In this document: piece after piece, positions 39,321 to 52,450 of the stretch | How the letters are laid out: each line of letters opens with the position of its first letter | How positions within the stretch are numbered: the first letter of the stretch is position 1 | NCBI RefSeq assembly: GCF_018977255.1 | Contig: NW_024704742.1 | Location: forward strand, 28,026,001 to 28,090,000 | Source: Callorhinchus milii | Taxonomy: Eukaryota | Direction: 5' to 3' | Length of the DNA: 64,000 bases | Position numbers and translations under genes: made by a program | Notes under the pieces: model-generated | The model's input: only the letters and a program-made list of their open reading frames with translations | Database searches by the model: none | What the model was told of the DNA's origin: nothing

Positions 39321-39499
39321 AGGAGGTAGCAGTGTCTTATGTAGGACTGATCCATGTGTAGGTTTATTGTTTGAATGACACATTGAAAAAAGGAGACACC
39401 ATAAATGCCTACTTAGTTTCCCCTCAGAACCATTCACACCCAGAATCATTCAGTCCCAAGAATCCAGTGATCAAACCTGGGTATTGATCACAAGAAAAG

Positions 39500-39743
39500 T
39501 ATCCAATTGCGCGCAGCAATATCCCTCAAACAGTCTGAATTGAGTGATCAAATTATTATTATTTATTTAATTTTTTTAAGGGATTATTATCCCTGGGAAA
39601 GTGATCTGCTAATCGATTAACAACCGGGTCCCTACTTATTATTAAGTTAACAGAGGGCATGTGGAGTAAGGAAACTTGCCCAATATTTTGCCCTGCCGGT
39701 AATCAAACCCAGGTGATCTTACTCGTAAGCACAACAGGACTCC
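39500..39743 (-). mobile_element. Decayed tRNA-derived SINE
   Basis: gtaaggaaacttgcccaa...aatcaaacccagg...acaggactcc. Confidence 0.7.
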
Positions 39744-40678
39744 ATTTCTTGCGCAGTGACATGAATTGATTCCTCCTGGTAAATATACCTCTGGTTATCT
39801 CCGCATAGTTAGTTATCCCCCAAAGATGCAAATTCAAACTTATGAAGGTGGCACATTAGTGGACATCACTGCTAATTTCTTCATGCAAATAATTCCGCGC
39901 AGTCTCCTGCCTCTGTTAACGTCCTGGTTCCCTAAGTCATTAGCAATATATTGTGATGAAGTTACTTTATTTCTGCAGTAATAACACAACCTATTAAAAT
40001 GAAAACTAAAAAAAAAGTTATGCTCTAGCATGATATGTTACTTTAGAACAACACAGTGAAGAATTGGTGTAGTTGTGCCAAGACCGTTATAAACGTGAAT
40101 GCTTTTCATCTGATACAGCTAATTTGTAGTTGTGTTGAAATATCGCTATTCATTTTTTATAATGGTGCATCAGGCTTTTCTTAACCACAGTAGCTCTCGC
40201 TGGACTTGACCTGGTCGTTTGCACATCTAACCTTGTGCAGAATTTCAGGAAAGGAGCAAACAACAGACTTACACCCATTCCTTTGTAAATACGCTTCTAT
40301 GCAGTTGGCTGAAGAGCACAAAACAATCACATATTGAAATTTTAAGTCGTTTAATCTCAGTTGATATTAAAATGTTCTGCTATTCAAGACCACAGGTTTT
40401 CTTTAATGAAAAGAGCAGGTGAGATAAATGGCTTTCATATCTTGGTTCAAAGTTATAGAAAATCACATGAAACGTCAGGGATTAGAAACTTAAAATTTAT
40501 TCCTCCAGTATATTAACTGTCCCATCAGGAAAACTTTGTTTTGAAAAAAAATACTTTATTGGCACCAATTGCCTTATTTGTTGCATTATTCTAAACATTT
40601 ATCACACTTGAGCATAAAAGCATTTTTCTTGAAATCCTTTCCCAAGAATTAGCTCAAGCTTTCCAACTTAGTCTGGTT

Positions 40679-41136
40679 TTCTCGCGCACCAGGCTTCGTG
40701 ACCCCATCACTCCCACCCTCACTCGACTCAACTGGCTCTCCATACCCCAGATGGTTAAGTACAAGATCCTCGTCCTCACCTTTAAGGCCATCCATGGCCT
40801 TGCCCCCTCCTACCTCTATGACCTGCTGACTCCCTACCAACCTGCCCATTCCCTCCGTTCTTCAGGCTCTGGCCTGCTCCATGTCTCCCGCCCTATCTGC
40901 CCTACCATAGGTGGCCGGACTTTCAGCCTCTCTGCTTCCTCCCTTGGCTCCTTCAAGGCCAGTCTCAAGACCCTTCTCTTCGACCTTGCCTTTGGTCTCC
41001 CTCCCACCTCTCTACCTTCCTCACCCCTACACCACCCCTCCCCCATGCTCGGGCCCCGACACCTGACTGTTCAGCACTTTGGAACGTCCTCCCGACGTGA
41101 AAGGCGCTCTATAAATGTAACTTTGTTGTTGTTGTT
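40679..41136 (+). mobile_element. 5'-truncated L2 LINE
   Basis: Encodes KYKILVLTFKAIHGLAPSYL. Ends cgtgaaaggcgctctataaatg followed by (ttg)n. Confidence 0.9.
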
Positions 41137-43526
41137 CTGATCACATTCAGACTGCACTTAGCCCAGTTGTTCCTCTAGAGCAACTATTGTCACATATCCT
41201 AAATTGCTGTTGTTGAAAAGCTAGGAATAGGTTTCCATCTCTTATTGGTTGTCCAGCTGTGGTTTGGTAACTTGTGCCACTTGATTTGTGTTCATTGCAA
41301 TGTTTACCCGCAAAATAAAACATGCAAGGATTATTATTGTTATTATAATCTTATATTCTTGTGGAACCAAACTAATATGAAAGGTTTTAGAGCCTGAGGA
41401 CTTCATCTCCCAAGACTATTAAAATACAACATAACTTGTTATGGAAAGCAAGACCGAGGGCATAATTTCTGTGCACAGTGCTTCCTCTTAGAAATAATAA
41501 TAATAATTCTTGCATTTGATATAGCGGCTTATCACGTCATCGAGACGTCTCAAAGTACTTTGCAGAATGTACTGTAAACTGAATTGACTGTATTTTGTGG
41601 GCGAAACGCAGCAATAAATGATTAACAAATTCTACCCACAATAAATGGACCTCATTCCTTTTGTTGAAGAATCTTCCTGTTAGCCCATTCTGGCATTCAC
41701 CTCTTCTGCTGCTAAAGAAGAAACTCTTTTGAAATTGAGGGATGGCAAAAGAAATTCAAACCTGTATTTGAAGGCAATTATAAAGGACCTGTTTTTAACC
41801 ACAACTCGGCACCTTCTTTTCATTAACTCCAGTGATAATTAGGGAATGGGTTGTGTGTATTAATTTGGTTGCTTACGTCATGGCTGTTTGTGGGACATTG
41901 ATTGCTGTGTGCAAATTGGCTATCAAGTTTGCCTGCAAAATACAGTCATTACATTTTACAGTAATATATATAATATGTGTTTGTGTGTGTGGGGGGGTGT
42001 TGGGGGATCGAGGGGGATTTTATTGTATGTAATTCAAATAGTAGTTTGAACAGAAGGTACTCTCTCCTTCACTTTCCTCTGTAAAGCTCCCATCAATATC
42101 GGAGTAACTGGCCAAAGGGGTGACAATCATTGCCAAATAGGGAACAAGACAGTATTTTATTAATAGTGTCTCTACCAGAATCTAATTGTGCAAAGCAGCT
42201 TTATGTTCACTCCCAGGTACACCTGGGTCATCTTCAACCGCACTGGTACACTGTCTGTGAATATAGCCTCTAGCTTCCTCCAGGTGAATCGATAGTTATT
42301 TCTCCCGTCCACAGTAATGGATGTCAAATGCTGCAATTTATATTGTCCAGAGCTTCATCTCTCCAATGCGCTGTCTATAGAGGTACCAGCAAGTTGAAAC
42401 AATTGGTACAGAAAGACCAAAAGGACCAGAACCTAATGTGTTGCTTATGAAACTGCTTATAACCTAAGACATATACAGGAGGAGGCAACCTAGAACTGTT
42501 TTTATCCTAGCCTGTCTCTGAAAAGATTCTTACAGGACAACAAACCAAAAGAGAAAAATCTTGGGGCAGATTCACAAGAAGTGGAGAAGATTTACATTTT
42601 TTATCTCCAGAAAACGTTTGATCTGTACTGTGTAAAATTCCTGGCATTAGATTTGCCCTGCGCACTGTTTTAAATGTCTGGGTTGGAGCAATGCTCTCTG
42701 TGACCTGAAACACTTTTCCGCACTCTGTTGGGAAGCTCTTGATCTGTCTGCTGAGCCTGTTTAGTCTGTGCACTTTTAACTGTGGGTGGAGCTCCTTGAG
42801 TTATTCTGCACATTTTTCAAGCCAATTACAGATTTCAAGTCTCGCCACGTAAAAGGAATTTTTAGTTCAGTTTCGGTCAACACACTCCTTGATTGCTGAC
42901 CCTGTTTATTGAACACATCTGCAGGTAAAGGCAAAACTACTATGTGTGGAGTGCAGTGAATTGATGAATCATAGAACCGTACAAATAAGAAGAATGTTAT
43001 TCGATCCATCGTGCCTGTGCTAGGTCTCTGAAAGATCAGTGCATCATTAAAGACTCTAAGGAAAAAGCAGTCTTGCCCTTCTAATATGGGTCTGTTTCTC
43101 TTGTCAGTGAAGTAATTTAATCACAGGGGATTTTAAACCATCTGTCATTTTATTAACTACTTGCTTTATAAGACACAATAACGTATGCAAAGTTACACAG
43201 ATAGTAATTGAACTCTTCTCTAATTATATTTTATAAATTACTAAGCACTCGCAAGACACCTTCAGAAGATTTAGCCATTTGTGTAGAGGTGGATGAATCA
43301 TTTGGGTAGATATCACCATATGACTTTAGACTGTGATGTCTTCCACTGCTGCTTCAGGCAATGAACTTGTTTTTTGGATGACTAAACTAGCTTTGAAAAG
43401 CAGATAAATGACAACGTGTTTTGTTCAAAAATAACTTACCAGAACCTGAGGATTCTGTGTGTGGAGTGCTTTGCTTCTTTCTTGTGTGTGCATTTTTTTT
43501 ATGATCACCATTTTCTCCATTTATCA

Positions 43527-43920
43527 TGTGTCAGCCTGGTTGCATTCTGACCTAAATCAGAAGGTGGTGGGTCCAAACTCCACGTCAGGACTTTGAGCAC
43601 AAGGTCTAGGCTACCACTCCAGTGCACTGCTGGAGAAGCGCTGTGTTGTCAGTGGTGCCATGCTAAACTTGACATGTTAAACTTGGGTCTCGTTTTCAGT
43701 TCGGATGAATCTTAAAGGTCCTGTGATATTATCTCCAGTAACTTGTCAGCAAACCAATATAAAAAATAATTCACATCATTGTTTGTGGAAGATTGCAGTG
43801 TGCACTTTGGTTGTTGCACTCACTTACAAATACACAGTCACTACATTTCACAGAAATATTGTGAAACATATTGATACATTCTCAATCTTATAGATGCTGT
43901 ACCAAATGCAAGGATTATTG
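43527..43920 (+). mobile_element. Decayed Deu-domain SINE
   Basis: Head cagaaggtggtgggtccaaac, cactccagtgcactg and tail caaatgcaaggattatt. Confidence 0.7.
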
Positions 43921-44477
43921 TTTGTCATCATAGTCTTGCATCCCAAGATATTAGCTTAGTGAAGCTCATCTCTGCAGTTTGTTTTGTCCTTTTTGATTTC
44001 ACAATCTGTTAAATTGGGCATGAGGGTTATTTTAGCACAAGTATTTAAATCCTTAATAGGCTTTTTGAAGCCATATCCCACCTTTGCCTTTGAATAGATA
44101 GTTTAATGATGTGAAGGTTCAGCTCTCGGAGATTCAATGCATTACTGCTGCAGCTTTGCTTGCCATCTTCCAACATTTTCCACAGCAAAATATAACTTGC
44201 ACTCATTAACAGAATCAAGTGGGTCATTTTCTGCTTGTTAAAGCTATTAGGTTTTATTGGTTCAACTTTACTGTTGGTGGTAAATTACCATGCAAACCTC
44301 TCAGAAAATAGCATTTAAGCAGTTCAAGGCAAACTGTGCGTAATTACTTCCAGAATAGTTTTAATGCCTACTATCAGGACAATTGTCGCCCTGAATATTA
44401 AATACCAACTGATGTATGTATTTAGTGCAGCAGTTACTACACATGAGATCCAAGGCACCTTGTCCCCAAACTGGATG

Positions 44478-44643
44478 AATTGTGTTCTTACAATCTCCGG
44501 AGTGTGAATATCGGAAGCAATATGACTTGTGATATTCATGAAATGGCAAATTGCGAATGTTCAAGCTGGTAACTTTTCAGCTGTTTTTGTGCATCTCACA
44601 AATAGAACCACTTCTGATATTCACACTGCAGAAGTCACAATTG
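44478..44643. mobile_element. Palindromic MITE-like element
   Basis: Arms 44501-44517 and 44611-44627 are reverse complements at 16/17 positions, with further imperfect pairing inside and outside. Confidence 0.55.
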
Positions 44644-46321
44644 ATGTAACTGATCTGTTTTTTGAGTGTTGTTAATTAAATCCTATGATGAACACTTTGA
44701 GTCATCCTCTTGATGTGAAAGGTGCTACATCAAAAACAAGGATTATTATTGTTAAACCCCCAGTTGAGCTTCAACACAGCTGTGCAAGAATCTTTGTAAT
44801 CCTTACACTTGATATAGACATTAGGAGGACATGTCAAAACACTTCATATGATATACTGTGTGTTTTGTGGTCGAACATAGCAATCATTTTGAGCACAGCG
44901 ACATCCAACAAACAAAAAATAAAGTGAATGACCAATTTTATTTGGGGGATTGTTGGCCAGGGCATCGGGAGGGAGAAACTTCTTTCACTCTTCCGATAGT
45001 GCCATGGGATTTTAATTTCTGCCTAACAGGCAGAATGGAAAGAGATGCTTACATACTTAGATAGGACTGATTTGTGAAAATACAGTGAATAGTTGAATGT
45101 CCAGTGATGCACTTATAGTATGTCTGTGCACGTGTGTTTGTGAATTCATAAACTTGGGTAAACTATTAAGGGGTTGGGGGTGAGCATGATGAGCTGCTTT
45201 TGTTACAGCAATAGAGGAACTATCAGAGACAACAACTTGCATTTGCAAAGCGTCTTTCACATAGGGTAATGTTTCGGAATGCTTTACAAGAATGGGGTCA
45301 GTCACCCAGCAAGGGGCAGAGGGAGGTGGTCATAGGTGCATTTGATGAGATAGGATTTGAGATGAGAGTTAACGATGGGAAGTGAGGGGGCGAGACAAAG
45401 GGATAGAGTGAGGGAGTTCAAAGAAAGTGGTAGAGAACGAAAGTACAGGTAGTTACAGAGCACCAAAGGTAAATTGTCAGCTTCCCTGCTCTCAGTTGTG
45501 GGAAGGGGTGGGGAGAACAAAAGACTCTCAGAAGCTGGGAAGCTGCATGTATATTTATTTCAGAGTCCCTACAATGTGTGTGATGCACACTGGACTTGCG
45601 GGGTGATGATTCAATGTGCACTTTACATCATTTGTGGGTGTAATGCTGTGCCTTGGAGCTGCCTGACTTCTGCAATCTCCCAGTCACAAGCATGATGACA
45701 AGTTTTTTCATTTCTCTTCAGGGGACAAACTGTCTCATTTAAGGCAAGCACACTTGTTTGTTGAACAAAGTGTCAAGGAGAGGTCAGTGTTTTGGGTTGT
45801 TTTTATTTTCTGTCTGAAGGAAGAAAGTGTACCTTAGAAAGATACAAAATGAACATTTAAAATGGGAAATGGAAGGAGGTTGCATGCATCGGGTGAAGAG
45901 GTTATATGAATTGCAGTGGGAGGAGTGATACATTAATTTGGAAATGTGCTGGATAAAGGGGATATCTCTCAGCGGAGAGGACTAAGTGACCAGTGTTGAA
46001 GTAAAGAGAAGCGATAGTTTGCATATAAAAAGGAGCATGTTATAAATTTCAGTGGCTGTGTGCAATGCAGCTGAAAAAAATAAGAAATCACAACAGCAAC
46101 AGATTGCATTGGTTTAGTGCCTTTCAAGTTGGGAGGATGTCACAAGGTCAGAATAATAATACTTATATTTGATATAGGGCCTTTCACTTTAGGAGGACAT
46201 CTCAAATTGCTTCACGTGATTTATTGTGAAGCACAGTGTCTGTATATTTTGTAGGCCAATATGACAGCCAATTTGCAACACTGTCCCACAAACAGTGATG
46301 AAGTGAATGACTAATTTTATT

Positions 46322-46380
46322 TGGGGGCGGGGGGGGGGGGGGGGGGGGAGGGGATGTGGGGTGGTGGTGGGGTGTGGGGT
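46322..46380. repeat. Poly-G / G-rich tract
   Basis: A run of about 20 G followed by ggggt units. Confidence 0.85.
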
Positions 46381-47640
46381 GTTCGTTAAGGCATCCAGAC
46401 GTTCCCTTCACCTTCACCTTCTGGGTATCCAAAGAGATATTAGCTAATGAAAAAATCCATTGAAATCTAAAGCCGAGATGATGTGGCAATGTAGCAGAAA
46501 AATTGAGGGGACTAGATTGTCTGGGAACTGGCAAAGATAGAGACTAGCATCTGTTAAGACTTCCCCATTTTTCATTGATTCCCTCAATATGTCTGTCATC
46601 TTGTTCGACAAGATAGACGTATGTTTGACTTAAATCTTGGTGTTTAATTCATTTGTCCCGATGGATTTATTGTCTTTTGGCTTTGTGACCTTATCTGGAA
46701 CATTTCCCCTGAACATTAGAGGGATAGGGATAAAATTTACTGGGTCTAGAGTTGCTCTGTTTACTCTGTCTATGTACTATTTCAGATTGTCCAGAATTTG
46801 GCAAATTTGTAAATACAGCCTTCATTTTGAAGCCAGGTTCCTGTAAGTTTATTTTAAGAACTCCATAAAACCGGCTTCAAAGTTGAGTTTGAATTAAATG
46901 ATTTGCCAAATTCCTGATGTTCTATAGTGTTATATTAATAAAGTAGATCTGGGTGGAATTTTATCCCACATGTTATGTATGTGTATATATATATATATTA
47001 TACATAGAAGTTGCAATGCATTATAGATGGCCACATTTCCAGCTATTATTCACCTTGAGACTGATCAAAATCCTAAAAGTTTGTAACCACAATGAAGGTT
47101 GGAATACCGTGTTATTTGTGCTTCAGATATCCCCATTTTCTGCGATGCACTGTGTCAAATTACTAATAGAAGTTTCTGATCCAGAATGTAATTCGTATGA
47201 GAAGGGCTTGCCTATCAGTAGATTACCTGATGGAAATGGATGGTCGGCACTCTGAGTGGCACATGCTAACAACTCTTTAAAGAACTGAAGGTAGTCCTCA
47301 GGCTGTGAACGGGAAAGTTCTTCAACAGACTGTTCCTGTACTATTTTTAGTTCTAAATAAATATTGGCTGACAGCAGTGAGTTTCAAGATATTAATTCAA
47401 TTGAGTGGATCTATTAAAAAAAGGAGTACATTTTTATGTGCATCAAAGTGATAGATGTCAGTGCTGCAGCATGGAGTAGGTATTCACAGAGCAAGTTAGA
47501 TGCAAAGTACAATTCCCTTAGATGTGCCTCAACAAGGTGCCTTAACTCCAAATAGGAAATAAATTGAAAAGAGTGTACCAGACCATTGCGGTAACTAGTT
47601 AATTGATCAATTTGAGGTGTTCTGATGGTGGCAACCAAAT

Positions 47641-48020
47641 CAACAACAACAACTTGGATTTATATAGCGCCCTCCACGCCGGATGGCGAATCAGAGGGCT
47701 TCACAGTAACGGATCCCGGGGCCAAGCCAGGGGGAGGGGGAGGAAGGTGACCAAAGGTGCAGTCGAAAAGAAAGGTCTTCAGCAGAGACCTGAAAATAGG
47801 AAGAGAGGGGGCGAGGCGAAGGGAGTGAAGAAGAGATCCAGAGCCTCGGGGCATAGTGACTGAAGGCACGGCCGCCGAGGTTGGAGCAGAGGACTCGGGA
47901 CAAGGAGGAAGCAAGACCCGGAGGAACGGAGGCAATTTTGAGGAGAGAGGTGGTCAGAGAGGTAGGGGGGTGCAGAGGAGTGGAGGGATTTGAAGATAAG
48001 GGTGAGGATCTTGAAGTCAA
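47641..48020 (-). mobile_element. L2 LINE 3' fragment, second subfamily
   Basis: (caa)n tail. Encodes DFKILTLIFKSLH..APPYLSD and GGRAFSHYAPRLW. The terminal motif differs (gcgccctccacgccggatggcgaatcagagggc). Confidence 0.85.
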
Positions 48021-48287
48021 AATGGTGCATGAATGCCAGCAGAATCTCGAGATTAAATTATTGAACCATAATCTTAATATCAGGGAATAGTCAATATGTA
48101 TAATTGTTCTGTATGTATTTCACTAAATATTCATTTCCCTTTCTCTTGTGAGGTTAGCTGCGATAGAGAATATGACATGGGTTATGATAATAATAATAAA
48201 ATAATAATAAAACTTGTATTTGATATAGAGCACCATCACATCACCAAAATTTTTCAAAGCACTTTGCAGCACTTTTTACTGTAAAGT

Positions 48288-48625
48288 GACACTCCAATGC
48301 AATACTGGAGGTGGGCTGCATTTTTGGAAGCAATCTTTGGCATAGTACATTAAATTGAGGCCCTGTTCAGGTGGAGTTTAAAGACCTCATTCAAAAAGAA
48401 AAGGGAGTTTCGTTTAGTGTCCTGACCAACAATTCTCCAGATGAATTGGTCATTTGTTTTATGGTGGTTTGTGGGACATTACTGTGTGCAAATTGGCTGT
48501 CGCTTTGCTTACAAAAATACAAAGTCTGTACAATTTACAGTAAATTCTATGAAATGTTTTGAGATGTCCTTCTAATGTGAAAGAGTCTATATCAAATGCA
48601 AGGATTATCATTCATTATTATTAAT
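48288..48625 (+). mobile_element. Deu-domain SINE fragment
   Basis: gacactccaatgca, ctgttcaggtgga, gtttgtgggacattactgtgtgcaaattggctg and the tail. Confidence 0.75.
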
Positions 48626-48910
48626 AAGTATCTAGTCAAAGGGGCTACAAGGTCGAATTGTCACAGGGGTCATAGTGAGCCCCGGGAACTCTGTTTTGAG
48701 GTATTCTGATTCTGGAGTGGGTCAGATCCGTTTTTCTACTGTTCTGGTGGATGTTTAGATATCAACACTCTGTTTGAGAAGAGAAGAGAATTTCTTCCAG
48801 TGTTTTGAGTAATAGTCCTTCAGATTAAGTGATCACCTCATGGCGGGACTTTGCTGGTATGAAAGCCTGCTATGTTTGCCTGCAAAAAGAATCACTACAC
48901 TTGACACTAA

Positions 48911-49441
48911 TCACTTGTGAAGTGTTTGTGACATTTTGAGCTAATCTGGAATGTTGAAAATGCAAACTCTTAATTTCTTTCCTACAGAAGTTGAGAATCA
49001 TTTGTCTTGGAAAAAAACAGAATTCTACATGTATTGTATGTTAGGTCAACTTCGGACTGATCTATACCTCCCGGCTTTGATATCTTTTCTTCTGTCACTC
49101 GCTCACTTGGTAAGTGAACCTCTCGCTTCCTCAGTAACCATGAATGGATATTTTTGCCTGTGAGAGCAAGCGTAGGAATTGACTCCTCTGTAATTTGCAC
49201 ATATGGTCATACCGTTTCCTGCACTCACTGGCTTGGTTTTTAGAGAAAGAATAGTTAGTTGTGCGAGATATCTGAAGCTAGGAGGTATATATCGGTCCTA
49301 AATTCTCCTAACATACAAGACACATAGAATTCTATTCTTTCAAAGACAAATTATTCTCGACTTTTGTTGGAAGGAAATTAAGAGCTACATTTTCAGAGCG
49401 CCAGATCAGCTCTAAATGTCACAGAGTATTTCACTATGTGA
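48911..49441. mobile_element. ~530-bp element with ~175-bp imperfect terminal inverted repeats (MITE or non-autonomous DNA transposon relic)
   Basis: 48911-49085 aligns to the reverse complement of 49266-49441 along its whole length, at roughly 75-80% identity by eye. Confidence 0.75.
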
Positions 49442-50697
49442 CAACAAAGGGTGGTCCCTTATTGTGAACCCAAATCCCAGCATGAGGTGGTGATTTCAGA
49501 AGGGGAACTGAAAAAAGTAGGAAAGGGAATGGGTCAAATGAACATGGCTCACTCTACCATGGTGCCATAATAACTAAGGGGGTGGCATGTATTTTTTCCC
49601 TCTTCCCAGAGTATGTTTGATTCAACTGTTCACAAATTAACTCGTGCACATGGGCAGTAGAAATTGCATTACTGACTTGCTTGTCGTTGGTTTTGGGGGT
49701 TTTCATATTATTTGTTTCTAGAGATGCTGCTTTTTTTTATTTTCTCTCCGTGCTCTCCGGTGAATCCGAAATTTCACTTCACTTTATTGGCAGCTTGTCT
49801 ACTCTGTCACCGTAATGTCTGGATTATCTTCACTGCTGCATTCTCTTCATATACTTATGTTGGATTAAGGTCAGTGACTGTGGATTTGGGTAGTTTATGT
49901 GTGTGACCGATGATTTATCATCCTTCCAATGTTCCTTCACCCTTTGGCATATCTGCACATTATGCTTCCTCCACTTCATGATGATGAATAACCTTTACGA
50001 GCTGAGACTTCATTTTTCAAAACGTGGCATGCTGTTTAGCAATCCTTAAATAAGCAACGTTTTAGGGAAGCTCTTCTTTTTGTTTGGGGATTGAAGCCAC
50101 TCAGTCCTGCAGTTTAAAATGAAGAAAGAAAAAGTCAGAGAAGGTCATTTTTTAAATTCATAAGTGAGATANTTTTTGACACTGGGTTTGTGGTATCTGT
50201 TGAATTTATGTTAATTTTACAACCACTTTTCCCAAGAGCATCATTGTTAGGATTCTCACTTTAATTTTCAAATCCCTTCATGCCCTGGCCCCGCCCTACC
50301 TCTCCGATCTGCTTGCACCCCACTCCAATACCCACTGCTTTTGCTCAACTGGCTTATGTCTTTTGCACATCCCTTGTTACCTGCACTACACCTCTGGCAG
50401 CTGTGCTTCAGCAGCTATATCCCGAATCTTTGGAACCCCCTTGCCTCAATCCCTCCGTTTTGCCCCTTCAAATCACACGTGAAGACTTTCCTTTTCAACC
50501 ATCCCTTTGGTCACCTCCCCTCTCTTTCCAGCTCCCCATGAAACCATAATACTGTTTAGTGCTCCAAGACGCTGCTCATATGAAATGTGCTATATAAGTG
50601 TTGTGAGTATCGAAAAATTAGCTGCTTCATTTTCCTAAAAAATACACACTTTAGAGTAAGATCCTGCTTTGTCACTTTCGACAATATAACATTGATA

Positions 50698-50854
50698 TAG
50701 TCAAACCTGTTCAAGCATCCATCTCCATTCAATAACCTCGAAACAGCCGGGTAGCCCAGCTCTCACGCAAGCACATCCTTACTCAGAGCCCACCCTTATA
50801 TAAAAGCTACTTTTGCCCATTATCCTGAGTGGTTGTTAAAGACCGGTTTGATTG
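50698..50854. mobile_element. Tc1/mariner-pogo (Tigger-like) MITE
   Basis: TA followed by tagtcaaacctgt...; right end ...accggtttgattg. These are degenerate CAGTCAAACCTGT-type TIRs. Confidence 0.6.
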
Positions 50855-51272
50855 TGTACCAGATGCAAGGATTATTACTGAAATAAAATGTTATTAATCT
50901 GTATATGTCCATGTAAGTTGAGGAAGAACAAGAAGTGGAACAGGATAGATGAGACTTTATTTTAGCTATTCATCCAAATGTCGGCATCTCTGACAATCTG
51001 ACAAATCAATACTCTCCCAGCACGACAGTCACATGTTAGCCTAGAGTATGAACTTGTATGACACAATGGACTGAATGACCCTCCTTCTGACCTATAATTT
51101 TCTATATCCTGGTCCTGGGATTATTATTATTGGGGTTGAACACATTTTCAATGTCTGAAGCAATTATTTTCACTTTCCTTCTACCCAAAGGTGGCTCAAT
51201 TTTAGATCCAAACTTTTGTTGGCCTCCCCCATTGCTTCTTAGCAGTTACGATACCCAGATTAAGGGTTGCAA

Positions 51273-51419
51273 CAAAAACAGAAGTCGCTGGGAACACTCA
51301 GCAGGTCAGGCAGCATCTATGGAGAAAGGAAAGTGAGTCAACGTTTCAGGTCCACGACCCTTCATCAGAACAGAGTTTTTGTTTCAGATTTCCAGCGTCT
51401 GCAGTATTTTGCGACTTGC
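51273..51419 (-). mobile_element. Penelope-like terminal fragment carrying a minimal hammerhead core
   Basis: Minus strand reads gttCTGATGAagggtcgtggacctGAAAcgttgac. Flanked by a 13-bp direct repeat (51260-51272 and 51420-51432, 1 mismatch). Confidence 0.65.
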
Positions 51420-52189
51420 TTAAGGGGTGCAATCCTGGTCCTCCTTCAGTATTGTATAACTACAGGATTTTAATGCCCCAAATCCCGGGATTCCAAACGT
51501 TACCTCATCTAGGACGCCTGCAATCATTCTTCACACCAGTGAGGTACCTCAGAAAGAGCGCTCTTATGCAGGGAAAGCCCCCGGGAGGTTTAGACACCTG
51601 CCCGTTGGCTCTTCCTTGATGCAACGTGTGGCCCACTTCAAGCCAAGTGGGAAGACCTGCCCTCAGCTTCCATCCAGGCTTGGCCTTTATTGAATTCTGA
51701 AATCCTGGGATTCTCTTCAATGATTCCCGGGATATTGGGAACACAATTAATAATAATAATAATAATCCTTGCATTTGATACAGCACCTTATCAAAGCACT
51801 TCACAGAATATGCTGTAAAGTGAATTGACTTTATAAAACGGGCGATTACCATACAGGATCCTGGGATTAAATTCTATAAAAGAGAGTAACATCTAATTGC
51901 ACTTCCTTTTGACTCTCATGCCCACAGTGATGAAATGTAATGGTCTCTTGCTGTGAATCATTTTTATTAGGTTGTACAATCCAGATTGAAACAGAGCCTG
52001 ATAGCTGTGTAAAGGGATACTCAGAGATACTTTCAGAGGCTTTTTGTATTGCCATCTAAACATGGGGAATCAGCTGCACATACAAATAACTTTTTTTATT
52101 GCTCTTTTCTCAATTAGAATAAACCATATGGCCATCTTCTCCTCCCCATGTTCCCGTGATAAAATGTACCTCTGAAGAGCTCAGTAACC

Positions 52190-52450
52190 GGATCTAAAAG
52201 ATAATTTAGGAGGATTTAGGAAATTACTTCACGCAGAGGGTAATGAGATGGTGGAACTCATTGTCTGAAGCAGTGGTTGAATCAGACAGTGTCAATGCAT
52301 CAAGAGGAAGCTAGACCTTCACATGAGGAGAGGGGAATAGAGGTTAGGGGAGGCAGTAAGAAGTGGGTGGAGACTCAAGCGGAGCATGAACACTGGCACG
52401 AACAGGTTGGGCTGAGTCGCCCGTTTCTGTGCTGTAGATTCTTTGTACAT
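52190..52450 (+). mobile_element. CR1 LINE 3' fragment
   Basis: ttaggaaattacttcacgcagagggtaatgagatggtggaactca...ttgggctga...ctgtgctgtagattct. Confidence 0.7.

Noticed and set aside
46202..46534. Poly-proline ORF resembling a formin FH1 domain
   Set aside because: It is on the opposite strand, arises from a poly-G tract beside SINE sequence, and FH1 lies upstream of these FH2 exons.
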